Shown here: piece by piece, positions 25,667-43,641 of the stretch
Position numbering within the stretch: the stretch's first letter is position 1
Layout of the letters: every line of letters starts with the position of its first letter
DNA from: Fistulifera solaris
Lineage: Eukaryota
Direction of reading: 5' to 3'
DNA length: 64,000 nt
Assembly (NCBI GenBank): GCA_030295235.1
Contig: AP026146.1
Coordinates: forward strand, 682,001 to 746,000
Translations under genes and position numbers: made by a program
Notes under the pieces: model-generated
Told to the model about the DNA's origin: nothing
Seen by the model: only the letters and a program-made list of their open reading frames with translations
The model's database searches: none

Positions 25667-26853
25667 CTAATACACTTGGATAAGGATGTGTGACATGCAT
25701 GAGTACACGCCAGTATTCTTTCCGGTACTCTTGACCGACGAGAACTTTGATCGGTGAGCTTCATTTTTGCGGTTTTGGTCCACGACAGGAGTGACGCTGA
25801 TTTGACACGCGAGATCCTTTGCTAGACATAGCCGTCCATTCAAATACTTCTTTTCCGAATGAGATGCCATGTCCGAACCCGCAGTGTCAGTGCAAATATC
25901 CGATGGCATCGGTACCTGGATGATGGTTTCAACTGGCCTTCCAATGATCAAATCTTTCGATTGCACACACGAAAGTTCGAGAAATGCTTTGTTAGCGTAA
26001 ACGACGCAAAGGGTGGCGTCGACTGCGTAACGATACGAGCTTCGTCCGAGATTGAAACGGCTTCTTCAATATCAATCGCGTTTTCCATCGAAATTCCTGT
26101 GGGAGGGAGAAGTCCAAGCGATTGAGTCATCGGGTTCGAAATGACTTTCCAGAGGAACTGGTCACCTAAATCTGTCTCCTTTTGCTGCTTAATTGATGGT
26201 GCGCTCCACACAAGGGCTTGTGCCATCCATTGCCCCTCACAAAATATGGATCTCGGGAGGTTCAACAACGTGTTGGTTCCTCCCCTTTGCTGGGATTGAA
26301 TCGCTTTTTGCCTTGATTTCCACACGTCTGCCGGAAGGAGCTCACAATGCGAGACATCAATTTCTGGATGTTTAGGACTTTTCCTTGCCTTCGAAATATA
26401 TTTTGGAGAGAGAGTGGGAACGATCTGAGGCTCAAAAGCGTTCGCCCGAAGTCCCAAGTTCCATAGAACACTGCGGGCCTCTTTCATAAGAATCGAAGAA
26501 GGAAAGCATGTTTTCTTGGCAGCCTTCATGGCGGTTGACGCCGTATACTTGTCTTCGCGTGCGAGAACTTCAGAGAGTCGAGTTAAGATCGTTTGCTTTG
26601 AATTCAAAAAATCGAAACACGATTCAAGATCTTCATCTTCTTCGCAGATTAGGTCGGACGTAATTTGACGTTCCTCCAGAGCTAGTCCACTGCATATGAA
26701 GAAATCGTCTTCCGAAACGTCGGAGCTACCATCTAGCGATGAGACACCGCTGTCACAGCTACAAGGACTCTGTTCTGAATAGACAACCCGCCTCTCTTTA
26801 AAGGACTGCTCGTCCGGAACTATGCTAAGTTTACGTTTTAAAAGTTGTTCCAT
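25667..26853 (-). CDS. Hypothetical protein with C-terminal PAS-like domain; frameshift near 26010
   Basis: After a single-T correction it reads ARIVTQSTPPFCVVYANKAFLELS...IIGRPVETI, a PAS N-terminal signature. Confidence 0.6.
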
Positions 26854-27699
26854 AATTGTCGGATGATTGTGATTTCACAGAGTGGCTTTAGCATTAATTG
26901 TGTGCAAGAATATCGTTTGTTAGTGCTTGTGCTTCGTGAACTGATCCACCGATCTGCCCTCAAGATCAGTCCGAACGATTTTTTTTAAAGAATGTTTGAC
27001 GAATTTTGTTGTTGATAAAGTAACACTCTGAGAGGACAAGTTTCAAAAAAAATACTCAAAGCATTCACACAAGAAGAGAATTGGGAAGAAAGATCATGCG
27101 TTGTCACGTTGTCACTCGATCACAAAATTACGTACGTCGAAAATCTGCGGCTCAGCCAATCATAATCGCGATAGGGATGATGTCATTGGTGTGTTTCAGA
27201 AACACTGATCAGTTCAGAACCTGATATAAAACATAAAACAATCAGCGTCTGTGACTTGAAAATCGGGAACTCATTGGATCATACAGGTGCATCCTTTTCA
27301 GGGCACGTCATTTTGCGCCAGCTGATGCCAGCAGAATTAGGGTATCTGATTGGGTAATGAAATGACGTCAATGGTTCGGTGGAGGAGTCCCTTCATCATC
27401 TCTGTACTGAATAATCTTATAGTTCCGTTTGGCTATGAACCAAACCTGCAGTAGTGGTTCTCAAAGTTTTTTTTGTGTACGACACCGATCGGTGTTTTTC
27501 GTTTTTTGCTTACGTCACTGCAATCTGATTGGCTCATTTCGCCAAAAACGAAGTGCGAGCTTCGAAACGCGGGCGGCGTACAACACGGACACCGCTCGCC
27601 TTTTTGCCAAAATCTTTCAGAAAAATTCCTCCACCTACGACGCTGCATTTTTTTCAATTCGTCGCTCTTGTTGTTTCATTTTGTTGTCTAATTGTAATA

Positions 27700-28131
27700 A
27701 TGCCCCGCAGAAACAAACGGCTGAAGCTTATCTCAATGGTTGAGAGTCTGCTGTCTCAGCAGCTTGATGCCATGATGACAAGCCTCTCGACTGGCTTGAT
27801 TTGTGGAGACGACGACGACGACGACGACGACGATGAAGACGCAATACTCTGGATGTTCATGTTCTATTTTGCCTTTTTACAGACAAGATATCTTGAACGT
27901 GGTCGATACAGATCATCGCCGCTGCCTCGGCAAATCCTCAATATCGACTTGAGCGTTACAAATACGAGGAATTGGCTGTCAGACAGTGAATTTCTTCGCA
28001 AATACAGAGTCACTCGGGAAGGATTTACGGCGATTTTGAATCGCATCAAAGATCATCCTGTTTTTCAAAGAGGAAGACGAGGACCGGAACAAGCCCCAGT
28101 AGAGTTTCAGCTTATGGTGTTCCTGAATTAC
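27700..28131 (+). pseudogene. N-terminal fragment of Harbinger/HARBI1-type transposase (DDE core deleted)
   Basis: LSDSEFLRKYRVTREGFTAILNRIKDHPVF...QAPVEFQLMVFLNY. Confidence 0.8.
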
Positions 28132-28530
28132 AAAAACTCAATCTTTGTTTTGCCCTCATTGCCTTTACCACGGTATCTATTGTAATTATCAGCTTCCGTG
28201 AGCCAATTCAACAAAATGGCCTCCGACGAGTTGGGATCGTTTTCGCCGTTCTTTCCATCTCTCCCCCACAACAAGCGCAAACCTTTTGTCATCGATTTCT
28301 CCAAAGCTTTCCAGCAAGTCTTGGTGCAAACAGCAACAAGATTACCATCAGGATCCCTCGGAGTGTCGAGATTGTTTTTGCAATCACCTTTTGGTCGCAG
28401 CACTCCTGATGCAACTTTTGTCGCACATGTAGCATTTCACCAAGCAGTATGCCTGGCCAACCTTGCAGCCTCGAATGCAGCAAGCGTCTGTTGTAGCTGC
28501 AATTGCAGTTGCAGGTTGCGGTTCGGTCAT
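28128..28530 (-). pseudogene. N-terminal fragment of the Harbinger accessory (Myb/SANT-like) ORF with a Cys-rich PHD-like N-terminus
   Basis: WGRDGKNG...SSEAILLNWLTEADNYNRYRG...GKTK. Upstream CCIRGC..CYMCDK..HQECC..VCTKTCW read across frameshifts. Confidence 0.6.
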
Positions 28531-28930
28531 ATCTTCTTTGAAATAAAATGAAGTTCACCATTTATTCTGCCACCGCATCTCTTCCGACGACGCGAGTTGC
28601 AACCAAAACTATCCCCATTGGAATCTGGAATATTTTACATGAAAAAGTTCTACAGGTGAATTTAAAGTTTTTGCAGGTGCGTGGGGGACTCAAAGTTTTC
28701 AAAAATAAATAATTGTGATTGGCAAATTATGACGTAAGCGAAACTTGGGGAGCGGTGTTGTGAGGACGGAAAAAAAAACTTTGAGAACCACTAGTAATGT
28801 GAGAAATACGAAGTGTTTGACCGCACCGCTCGTTGCTGCAGTCATGATTCACTTTGCGACCACTCAACAAGTCCAAGTCCACGATAAATAATTAATGCAA
28901 CCATTTTCAATACAATACGCTTATCAAAAC

Positions 28931-31549
28931 ATGCCAGCAAATGAAACAGACGAGGCTGTAGAGACAATTAACAATAATGGGCTGATGAAAGATGCAGAAG
29001 CCGAGAGCAAGGAAGTAGCCTCAACCGATTCGACGCAAAGTAGCGATGGCAAAGGTAGCGGAGGCTACAGTGCTGATTACTCACTATCTGAAGAGGACCA
29101 GTCTTCCGACGATACCGGAACGAAAGAAAAGCCTTTGGAAGCAACTACATCTGTCGCCGGCCTGCGGATAACCGATAGGAAAGTGGACAGCGTACGAGGA
29201 GACAAAGAAGATAACACGTCTTCTGATTCACTCAGTTCTCTCGAGAACTCGAAAATGCACAGGTCTTCGAGACAGCGCAAAAGAACGCTTGGGCATTTAA
29301 TAAAACACAAAAACGATGCAATAGAGACAGATGACACTTTTGCAGAATTCTTGAAATCACTGGTCGGTCAAGGCTTTCTCCCTCAACTAAATGGTATGCT
29401 AGCCACGTCGTCCTCCCATCCAATGGACCCTCGTATCGATCTTTCGAATGTTCAATACGTCCCGGAGGCCGAAATAGGAGCGCATCAGAATGAGGCTAGT
29501 GCGAACGTTCCAGTACTGACTGAGGAGAACTATTTGCAGCTGATGGATGTAAGTTACTTGGACTGGAACATGATTGTCAATCATCGGAAACCCACTCAAT
29601 CATATTATGCTACAGTCGGTACGGCCATTTTCAAAGTTCCAGGTGTTCCTCTCTCGGAGCCATTATTACCAAAAGAACAAAAAGAAAACGAAGGATCATC
29701 TTCAGATCCTGTTTCCTCGGAAGGTTTCACATCCTTTTTACAACTACTTACACTGGAAGCAGTAATGATAACACAACTCATTCGGCTGATTCTTCGGACT
29801 CTAATAAAAATCATCCGGATTTCAAAGAAAAAGATAATACACATCTTTCTGAGCAATTAACATTAAAACGGAAAGATGAAGGTGGAGGCGAATCGTCGGG
29901 ATCTTCGCAAAAGCGAGTACGAATTATAGAGACTGCTAGAAGTCCTAGAGCCTCTCGTGATGACGCAGACAATGGAGCCGAGCTCAACGATCCAGATCAA
30001 ATCAGAGAGAGAATTCGATTTTTGGCGGCCAGAGCAAATGGTTCTACCGCGAGCTCCACGTCCAACAGCGAAGATCATAGGCCGGTGCCACACTCGTTAT
30101 CCAGATTAGTTACTGATATCTCATCATCCAATCGCACGGATAGTGCCGCTGGAACTTCAGAGTCTGCTGGAAACACGGGAAGTGCAAGCAACCAGGGTAG
30201 TTCCGGTAGCGGTGCGGACGGAAAGGGCAGTAGTGAAGAGGGCAAGGGAAGTAGTGAAGAAATTGGGAAGAGTCGAGGTGATGACGCCGGCGGGTCGGAT
30301 GAAACACCTTTTGGGAGAAGCCTTATGGTTCTGCTGTGAAAGCTAAGATAGATTCGGGGCATAACCAAAAATGCAGTCATCACAAGGTGACGAATTGAGA
30401 GAGAAGTTGATTCACAAGAAGCGAAAGCGTATAGAAATGCGACGCGAATATGAAGCTCAGCAGCACTTCGAGTCGTCGGAAAGCAGTGGCTACAACTCAG
30501 AATCGTTGTTTAGGCCTGGGAAGCATATTCACATGGATCAAGTTCTTCAAGTTAGCAATATACCTAGGTAAGCGTCTCTCGTTGTACATTTTGTACGAAG
30601 TATCGGCTACACACGCTCACTTACCCTATTTTTTGTCGCCAGACTTGTGATTCAAGCTTTGTCTCCATTCTTGGTCGTTCATGCAAATGCCGCATATTCA
30701 CGACTTACTGGTCTTGAAGCACACGAAGTTGTTGGAAAGTCGGTTAACTTTCTGTTGGCGTTGCCGGAGTCCGCTTCGGATGAACTTGAGCGAAATGCTC
30801 AGTTGGATCATGCACGGCCAACTACTCAAAACACACCAGTGGAACCAGGAGGACCCACTGAGCCTGCTTTCGCCGGACGAGCAACAAGCGAAATGCAGCA
30901 TAAAGATTCCGGTCGCTTCGAAACAGTTGAGCGATTGATTGTTTCGTGTGGATTTGGTCACATCCAGTTCATCAATGCGCTTGCCGTTAATAGGCACCAA
31001 ATGGTTGGTCGCAATGTATCTTTCTTGAGCCAATCCATTAATGATGCAAAGGAGAACCAGTCGGAGAAAGACGTGGATAGCAAGTCCACGAACGCTTTAA
31101 GGAATGATGTGGTCGATAAACAAATTATTCCTTGCCGCACGGCGATTGCTCCCATAGTATCCAGTCAGATGCCAGCAGAAAGCAGTGCACCAACCGACCT
31201 TGATACGAAACGACGGAAGCAACATCACAACAGTACCTCTGAGAATGTCAACGCAAAAAGCATCACCCTGAAAGACCCACCAGGTCAACATAGACGACAT
31301 CATCCGCCTCAAGTCATCACTCATTATATCATTCAGCTGGAACGACTAGCCGCCGGCGGAGTAAAACAGTTGAGTGTCGACGATTCCATTTCATCCAACT
31401 CTACTTCAGTGGAAGCACGACTTGTTGGTTTAAGTAAAACTGCTCTACTACAACAAAAGGACGCTGTTGTTCATCCTATAGCATTGGGCGACGACGAAGC
31501 TTCTGGGTCAACGACAAACCAGGAGGAAACAATTATTGCCATCGCTTAA
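28931..31549 (+). CDS. Ser-rich protein with C-terminal PAS-like domain; introns 29549-29615 and 30568-30642; several frameshifts
   Basis: IPR|LVIQALSPFLVVHANAAYSRLTGLEAHEVVGKSVNFLL...ITHYIIQLE. Confidence 0.7.
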
Positions 31550-31932
31550 ACTATTCCTAATCATGGTGGAAGTGTGTAAACATATAATCACAGTTAAATT
31601 AAGTGAGCTTCAATCATTACGGATCTTTAAAATAGAGCATACCAGGTAAGCTTCCATTATTAAAAAAAATCAATGCGTTCAACAATTTACGGGACTGATT
31701 TAACGTTGAGTCTTTTTGGACCGGTCTACTCTTTTAGAGAGAGTCGCTGACCAACGTCTGATAGTCTGTGCGCACAAATAAATTAGCCATTCATCTTTTC
31801 CGTTTTGCGAGAAACACGTCCTATTTTCGTTTTGATCGAATCGATACCAGGTAGCCTCAACCAAACGAAAGAAGAAAGGACGTACCAGGTATTGATAATC
31901 GAAACTGACTTTTTCTCTTCCTTACGTTCGTC

Positions 31933-37539
<5,607 letters not shown>

Positions 37540-38049
37540 GCCATTGTTTTTACAATTTCTCAACTATATAATACTACGTATGCTTGTTCAGTTGTGGAAT
37601 AGACTGGGCTACTTTGTACGGAGTATAAATCATAATAGTGCCAAGTTCGGTGAGCCTCCTCTGGCTCACTAGGTTAGACCAAAGGAGCAATCTAGCTGCG
37701 TCAGCATTGAACCTCTAACCTTAAGAAACATTTTAGTCAGTGCGCCGTAACAGTGTCTTTTAAAGCTGATGAGACATCCATCTACATTTCAGTTGTCGGT
37801 TGTCGCGCCAGCCAACAATCTCACTATCGCAACTGCGCACCCTGTTGACAGTTGACACACGCGATAAGACGAAGCGAACCGATACAAGCATAGACTATTG
37901 TTCCTTTTGTTTCCATTTATTAAGTCATTCATTTTGATTTTCCTGTCCTAAGAATAAGAAGAGAGAGCACGAAAGTCAGTGCTGGATGATACACCTGACA
38001 AGCAATTGAACGATAAGCACGAATTGTAACACCTTTCATTTCATTCATC

Positions 38050-38370
38050 ATGACGAAGTCCGCAACAAATGATAGTAAAACAGATAAACGTCCTTGGACT
38101 GACACAAATTCTGACAAGAAATGTCGACCTGACCAAGCGAATATATTTCAACGTTGGATGTACCGTACAGATTTGCACAATGGAGCCTACATGTTGAACG
38201 ATTGCGAGAAATGGTCGTTGTACGCCTTCTTCTGGATTTGCGTGTACTTGGTGGGCATGTATCTGTACGCATTTTCGGCCGGATTTTGGCACGGATTGAT
38301 GCATCCTCAGGAAGAAGATGTTACGGTTTTAGATCCATTGGTGCATTCAACCATGGAGGGTGAATTTTAA
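38050..38370 (+). CDS. Serine palmitoyltransferase small-subunit-like membrane protein
   Basis: RWMYRTDLHNGAYMLNDCEKWSLYAFF followed by one TM helix, resembling the ssSPT Y..YMLE.WE motif. Confidence 0.6.
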   Translation: MTKSATNDSKTDKRPWTDTNSDKKCRPDQANIFQRWMYRTDLHNGAYMLNDCEKWSLYAFFWICVYLVGMYLYAFSAGFWHGLMHPQEEDVTVLDPLVHSTMEGEF

Positions 38371-39414
38371 TTTCAAGTGAATGACGGCGGGTGTCAAGCA
38401 TGTTGTTGTTAGAAGCGCAACGGCAGCCATCTCTACGGAAAATCCAGAAGGGATGCTTCGATTCTGGTGTCTTTGTCGTCTTCAAGCTACCAAGGAGTGC
38501 CTCGAAGGTCTTTCTACGCTCTTTTTGTCAGCTGTTGAATAAGGGATAGATAGCAAGTACTTTCTTTTTCCAATGAAAAATAGTCGTCCAGTCCATTCAA
38601 TAGTCCAGTCCATTCAATACAATATTTTTAAACTTGATGATAATGAAAGCTTTAGGCCTTATTTATTTCATGCATCGATCAAGCTTCCCTAGGGAAAAAA
38701 CTAGGCGAGAACGAAGGCGGCCTATTTTCTACAGTTCACTTAGAAAGGTTTTGTTACGTCAACCTACGTGCTTTAATTAAGAACTAATCCTAATAAGCAA
38801 ACGAAATCAATTGGCATAATTGCTGGACTTACTCGTATTGTACAAAACGAAAAGTTCGTTTTACGACCTCGCGACTCCACGCTTCCAGTCATGAGTGACG
38901 ATGATTCGTTAGTAGCGGTTCCTTATGTGCTTCGTGATGTGCTTCGTGTCATTAGCAAACCATGCTATGCTAAAGATACATTCCAAATAATCAATTTCAA
39001 TGATTCAATTTACACTTGCATGAAGCTACGATTCGGAATCCAACATCTGTGCGCTATGCGTGTCAAGATGACTATCGCAAAGTGTTGGTTGTCAGCCTTC
39101 ACGACTGACACGATTCTAGTCGTGATTGAAGATCAGGATAGGGTTTCGAGATTTGAGGTGAGTGGTGCTGCTTTGTTCTTCAGCGGTCACTATACCTCGT
39201 TTGTGAAGAGGGTATTACCACGCCGCACTGTTTGTTGCAGATTGCAGCGAATGAGAGCGGCTCTGACTACCAGTACTAGAGTATGGAGCGAACTTTTTCA
39301 TGATCAGTTTTTTTGCCTTCCCGACAACGAACCAATTTTTCCCATTCGAAAGGCAAAACCTGTTTTATCAGGTCTTTCTTTTACTATTCATTCTTCATTT
39401 CCTTGTCTTCTCTA

Positions 39415-41073
39415 ATGTCATCTCGACTTTTAACAATGTCTTCGAGAAACGCGGCTTGCTCCTTACGAACGACGGGCACGTTTACGTCTTCTCTTGCGAA
39501 TACCAAACATATTCCTTCAACCCACACTCTCTCGCTACAACAACATCGATCGTATTTGTATCTTCCTACATCGTGGACGGAACTACAACTTCGACTCCGC
39601 GCAACTCTCTTTGAGCACAAACGCGAAATACAAGTACGTTTAAAAGAGTCATGGAACGATAAAAAGGCCGCGTGGGCGGAGCGCCGCGTCGCACGTCAAA
39701 TACGCTGGACGACGCGACGCTTGCAATCGCAACATTGGTGGCAAGAACAACAACGAAGACGCAAACAAGTGTGGCAGAAATCAAAGTCCTGGTTACAAAG
39801 AAAAACGTATAATAGTCGTGTTATGATTACCGAATATTCGGAGCAGGATTGGTTTGATGATTGGGGAAGGCCTTTGACGAGTCGGGATGAAACGGGTCGT
39901 TTTGTTAATCCTTGGAGATCTATATCGACAGATGGAGTACATTCTTTCAGAACACTGTGGAATTGGAGGTGGGATCGGTTGCGAAGGGATTGGAAAGCGT
40001 TTGGTTGGAACATTTTTCGTCCCGATTGGGAATCATTGTGGAAATTGTTTCGTTCGACGTCCTTGTCACGGTTAACCGAAAAACCCAACCCTACTACAAC
40101 GTCTTGTTCACGCAACACCATTTTGCAACCCCCGGATCAAGATGGTTCGGTTCGTATGACATGGATTGGTCACGCGACTTGCTTTTTGCAGCATTCCGAC
40201 TTCACTGTGTTGACTGATCCTATCTTCGGTCGCCGCGCTTCACCCTATCCCAATACACCCATTGGCTTTGCCAGGGAAGTGCCTCCGGCTTGTTCGATTG
40301 AAGATCTAGGAGAGCGTATTGATGTATGTATGATATCGCATGATCATTACGATCACCTGGATTTGGAGTCAGTACGGAAGTTAAGGTCGGTTGTACAATT
40401 GTGGTTTGTACCATTGGGGATTGCCGAATGGCTGCAGCAGCATGCACAAATTCCTCAGGAACGCATCATTGAAGTGAAGTGGTGGGACAGTGTACGACTG
40501 GAAAGGGATAATTTGACACAGACTTGGAAAGTCGCTCAACGATATTCATTGGAAGACGCTCCGTACCACCATCCTTCGTTGGATCGGCTCACGAACCCAC
40601 ATGAAGCGTGGCTGACGTGTTTGCCCGCTCAACATTGGAGTAGTCGTTCATTCTTTGATCGCAATTACCGTTTGTGGTCTTCCATGGCCTGTCACTTTCC
40701 CTCCGAACAACTGTTCTATTTCGGTGGAGACACGGCCCGCCCCGATTCCTTCCCACTTTTTGAACAGATTCGTGATTACTTGGCCCGACCCATTGATCTG
40801 GCGGCACTTCCCATTGGAGCATACGCACCGGCCGAATTGTGCCGCGATGCGCACATGCATCCCCATGAAGCAGTGCAAGTTCATGAGGCATTACGAGCAC
40901 AGCGCAGTGTGGGGATACACTGGGGAAGTTTCCCGTTGGCAGAAGAGCCATTGAATGAACCAGCGGATCTGTTACACGAATGTGGGGTGGAACAATTTGA
41001 TACAGTGGAACACGGTGCGGCTGTGACCATTCCAGTGCGAGGGAATGTTTCGGAAATCGCCATGAGCGCTTGA
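39415..41073 (+). CDS. NAPEPLD: N-acyl-phosphatidylethanolamine phospholipase D (metallo-beta-lactamase fold), possibly mitochondrial presequence
   Basis: GRFVNPW, TWIGHAT, LTDPIF, ISHDHYDHLD, PAQHWS, YFGGDT, LPIGAY, GIHWGSF. Confidence 0.9.
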   Translation: MSSRLLTMSSRNAACSLRTTGTFTSSLANTKHIPSTHTLSLQQHRSYLYLPTSWTELQLRLRATLFEHKREIQVRLKESWNDKKAAWAERRVARQIRWTTRRLQSQHWWQEQQRRRKQVWQKSKSWLQRKTYNSRVMITEYSEQDWFDDWGRPLTSRDETGRFVNPWRSISTDGVHSFRTLWNWRWDRLRRDWKAFGWNIFRPDWESLWKLFRSTSLSRLTEKPNPTTTSCSRNTILQPPDQDGSVRMTWIGHATCFLQHSDFTVLTDPIFGRRASPYPNTPIGFAREVPPACSIEDLGERIDVCMISHDHYDHLDLESVRKLRSVVQLWFVPLGIAEWLQQHAQIPQERIIEVKWWDSVRLERDNLTQTWKVAQRYSLEDAPYHHPSLDRLTNPHEAWLTCLPAQHWSSRSFFDRNYRLWSSMACHFPSEQLFYFGGDTARPDSFPLFEQIRDYLARPIDLAALPIGAYAPAELCRDAHMHPHEAVQVHEALRAQRSVGIHWGSFPLAEEPLNEPADLLHECGVEQFDTVEHGAAVTIPVRGNVSEIAMSA

Positions 41074-41210
41074 CTTGGAGGTTGAATTGTTAATCCCCCC
41101 AAGTGCATTGTTGAGAATGTTTTAGACTATAAGGATAAAGTTATACATCTATAAAAGCCCATTCCATCACTTGCTCTTGAACTCAAATGAGTCCTAATTC
41201 TCGGTTTATT

Positions 41211-41337
41211 GTTCTTTCTTTTAGCTCCTCGTGTAAGGGTTGGGCTCCTTTTGATTCTGGGATCTACGTTCTATCTATCCATTTTTGTTTTTTGAAATAA
41301 AAATATTAGACTGAACGTTTTTGGAAAAAAAAAGTCT
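41211..41337 (+). repeat. Direct repeat copy 1 (~125 bp)
   Basis: GTTCTTTCTTyTAGCTCCTCGTGTAAGGGTTGGG...TAGACTGAAC...AAAGTCT, shared with 43642-43765. Confidence 0.9.
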
Positions 41338-41394
41338 CTAGAGGGTTTACTTACATCAACAGCGAAAATCTCCTGGGCAAGTGAATGTGATGTT

Positions 41395-41480
41395 CTTCTC
41401 ACGTCTCCAGAAAATCTGGGAGTGTTTTGTTTTCACGTACAAATATACATAAAATCTGGGAGTGTTTTGTTTTCACCGTT
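41395..41480 (-). repeat. Two units of the CTCCCAGATTTTCTG/ACGTGA minisatellite (reverse orientation)
   Basis: AAAATCTGGGAGTGTTTTGTTTTCAC occurs twice. Confidence 0.85.
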
Positions 41481-42424
41481 CATCAGCGCACATATTCTTC
41501 TAGACTTCCTCCGTCGTAGCCTTCTACGTGCGAAATGTACCACGGGCAACGGCCCGCAGCTGGCCCTCTCGTCGCCTCTTCCGGTGGGGACTTTTTTCTT
41601 ACCTCGTCGTATGAAACGAGTCCTGAAACAAAATGATAAGCATTATCAAAACAAACAAAACTTTCGCGAGCTTCGTGCTCTTTACTTGCATCCTTTCGTC
41701 TCCTGTCGGCCGGATTGGCTGTTTCTTCGCTCCGGCGGAGATTCAGTTTGCTCTGGAGATTGGAATTGTGCTGCGCAACAGCGCAAGTGTTCAGTCGCTT
41801 TCGGAGTCGGTGTGTGTTTACTCCTGCGTCTGTTTGCTTGTTCTGTCGCTTTGTATCATCGTTGTGCCTGCTTGCGTAGCGGGGCTTGAGTTGATGCGTT
41901 TCTGCGCTCGGACCGTCGCAGAAATCGCTCTTCTGGCGCTGAAGAGTTTTTGCTCGACCGCGTGGCTGTTGTTTGGTCGTCGTGCGGCTGTTTGCTTCGT
42001 TCTTCTTCACGCGAATAGCTGTGCGTATCGTGAAGATGTTCTCTTGGCAAAGAACACGGAGTTTCCAGGTCGTTTGGAGACTCCTCCACGTCTCACGATG
42101 CTTCGTCCTGTAGCTCCGGTACGTGAAGCTACGGGGAAACAATTTGATTTGAAGCGAAACCACTGTGTCGTTTTTCGTGTGTCTTTCGTCTTCATTTTCT
42201 TTCTTGTGGTGATTGGAGTTGTTACTGCTTGTATTTGTGGAGGTGCCCGATGGATCGGTGCTTCTGCAGTCGGCTTGTTTTTGTTGTTGGCTGAGCGTCG
42301 TGGGTCGTCCGCAGCAACGAGAGCAATTCATATCGCGCGATTGGGGAATCTCGAGACATCCAGGTCTTTCGCTCCTGACCGTATTCGTCTTTTGCGTGAG
42401 TTTCGCTGTGGATCCATTCTAAAC

Positions 42425-43315
42425 ATGCAACAGTCTGCTTCAAATCAAGAAGTCCAATCCCTCCGAAAGAAAGATGTTGTTGTCAACAATGCACGCGAAC
42501 GAACCCGACGCCGAGTTCGTTTTGCGTCGAAAGAGAATCAAGAGTCCTTGCTTATAATCGAGAATTGTTTGGACATGAGCGACGACGAGTTTCACGAGCG
42601 CTATTGGTCAAGCGAGACGTTCAATCAAAGAAGAGATGAAAGTTCAGAGGATCGTGACTTTGAAATCTTTAAAAGCCACGAGTTCTTTGACGAACGATTT
42701 TATTTCTTGTTTTCGACCCAAACAAGCGTCATGTTTACAGAAGAAGTGTTCTTTCTAGACCACGAGGGGGAACGGCGCCATCCCGCGCACTGGAAGGGGT
42801 TTTGCACGAGGATTCGTCCGCATTTACAGAAGGACCGGGAAATACCTGGATTTCCGTCTGTCGATGCATATGAAAACTATCTTCGGTTCTATGATAAGCT
42901 GTATCGAACTTGCATTACGTGGTACGACAATAACTTGTGGCGAACGGCGGGTGTCCTAATACCGGAACCCGTACCCGAGAATGAGAGTTTGGAATCGGAT
43001 AGCAATATCATGGAGGATATGGTAGACGGTAGTGGAGTTTGTGATGCGGTAGCTCTTGCAGACGAAAGATTCTCGGTGCATTTTGTGGTGGAGGAGTGTG
43101 AGGATATCATCATCCACTGTGATGTTGTGGAGGACAGCAGTGACTCAGGTGTAGTCCAGAGAGCCGCAGTGGAAGAGCATGAAGCCGAGGGGAGGAAGGA
43201 AGCTGCTGCATTTCTTCCTCGCAAAATGAAGAAAATGAAAGCATTTGGTCCCTGTTTCCGCTCGCGTCCTTTTTTGAAGCGGAAATGCAAGGAGAATGTT
43301 CGTTATTCGAAGTAG
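42425..43315 (+). CDS. Hypothetical protein with RRVRF motif (diatom-type RVxF-motif family); true start uncertain, ORF open from 41633
   Basis: RRRVRFASKE...IIENCLDMSDDEFHERYWS pattern and acidic C-terminus. Confidence 0.5.
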   Translation: MQQSASNQEVQSLRKKDVVVNNARERTRRRVRFASKENQESLLIIENCLDMSDDEFHERYWSSETFNQRRDESSEDRDFEIFKSHEFFDERFYFLFSTQTSVMFTEEVFFLDHEGERRHPAHWKGFCTRIRPHLQKDREIPGFPSVDAYENYLRFYDKLYRTCITWYDNNLWRTAGVLIPEPVPENESLESDSNIMEDMVDGSGVCDAVALADERFSVHFVVEECEDIIIHCDVVEDSSDSGVVQRAAVEEHEAEGRKEAAAFLPRKMKKMKAFGPCFRSRPFLKRKCKENVRYSK

Positions 43316-43641
43316 TTTAGTTTAATTTTTATTATTGATCTTGGGGACAGAAAAGGTGAGGAGGAGAGATTGTCACAAAGAGGCCTAGGCGTTGAAAACC
43401 CCAATCCCATTTGCATTGAACTCGACGGCAGAGTACTTTGTATTTGATAGGGACCGTGACAAGGTACGTTCTTTTACCTTTTTAAAAACCGATTCGATTG
43501 GCCGGGCGTGGCAAGCCAACTCTCACACTGCGATGAAGTTAGGGCCTTATGTCTCTCGTTAAGACGCCAGATGTGCCGTCTGCGGGTGTGATTCATGTGT
43601 TGAATTACTCGTAGCTCGGTGGCTTGGTGCAGTGAGACATG

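Larger units (their letters stand above)
27453..28792. mobile_element. Internally deleted PIF/Harbinger-superfamily (Pangu-like) DNA transposon, 1340 bp
   Basis: TIR AGTGGTTCTCAAAGTTTTTTTT / AAAAAAAACTTTGAGAACCACT. Flanking AGT at 27450-27452 and 28793-28795. Transposase and second-ORF fragments inside. Confidence 0.85.

Noticed and set aside
27452..28793. hAT/Charlie assignment from the TAGTGGTTCTCAA-like terminus
   Set aside because: No 8-bp TSD, and the internal coding fragments are Harbinger-type.
38891..39415. 174-aa ORF upstream of NAPE-PLD
   Set aside because: No recognisable similarity or typical composition, so left unannotated.
41190..41275. HDV-like ribozyme around CTCCTCGTG (also ~43655)
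   Set aside because: The L3-like motif and a weak P1 are present, but P3 has a mismatch and no P2 partner follows the putative catalytic C.
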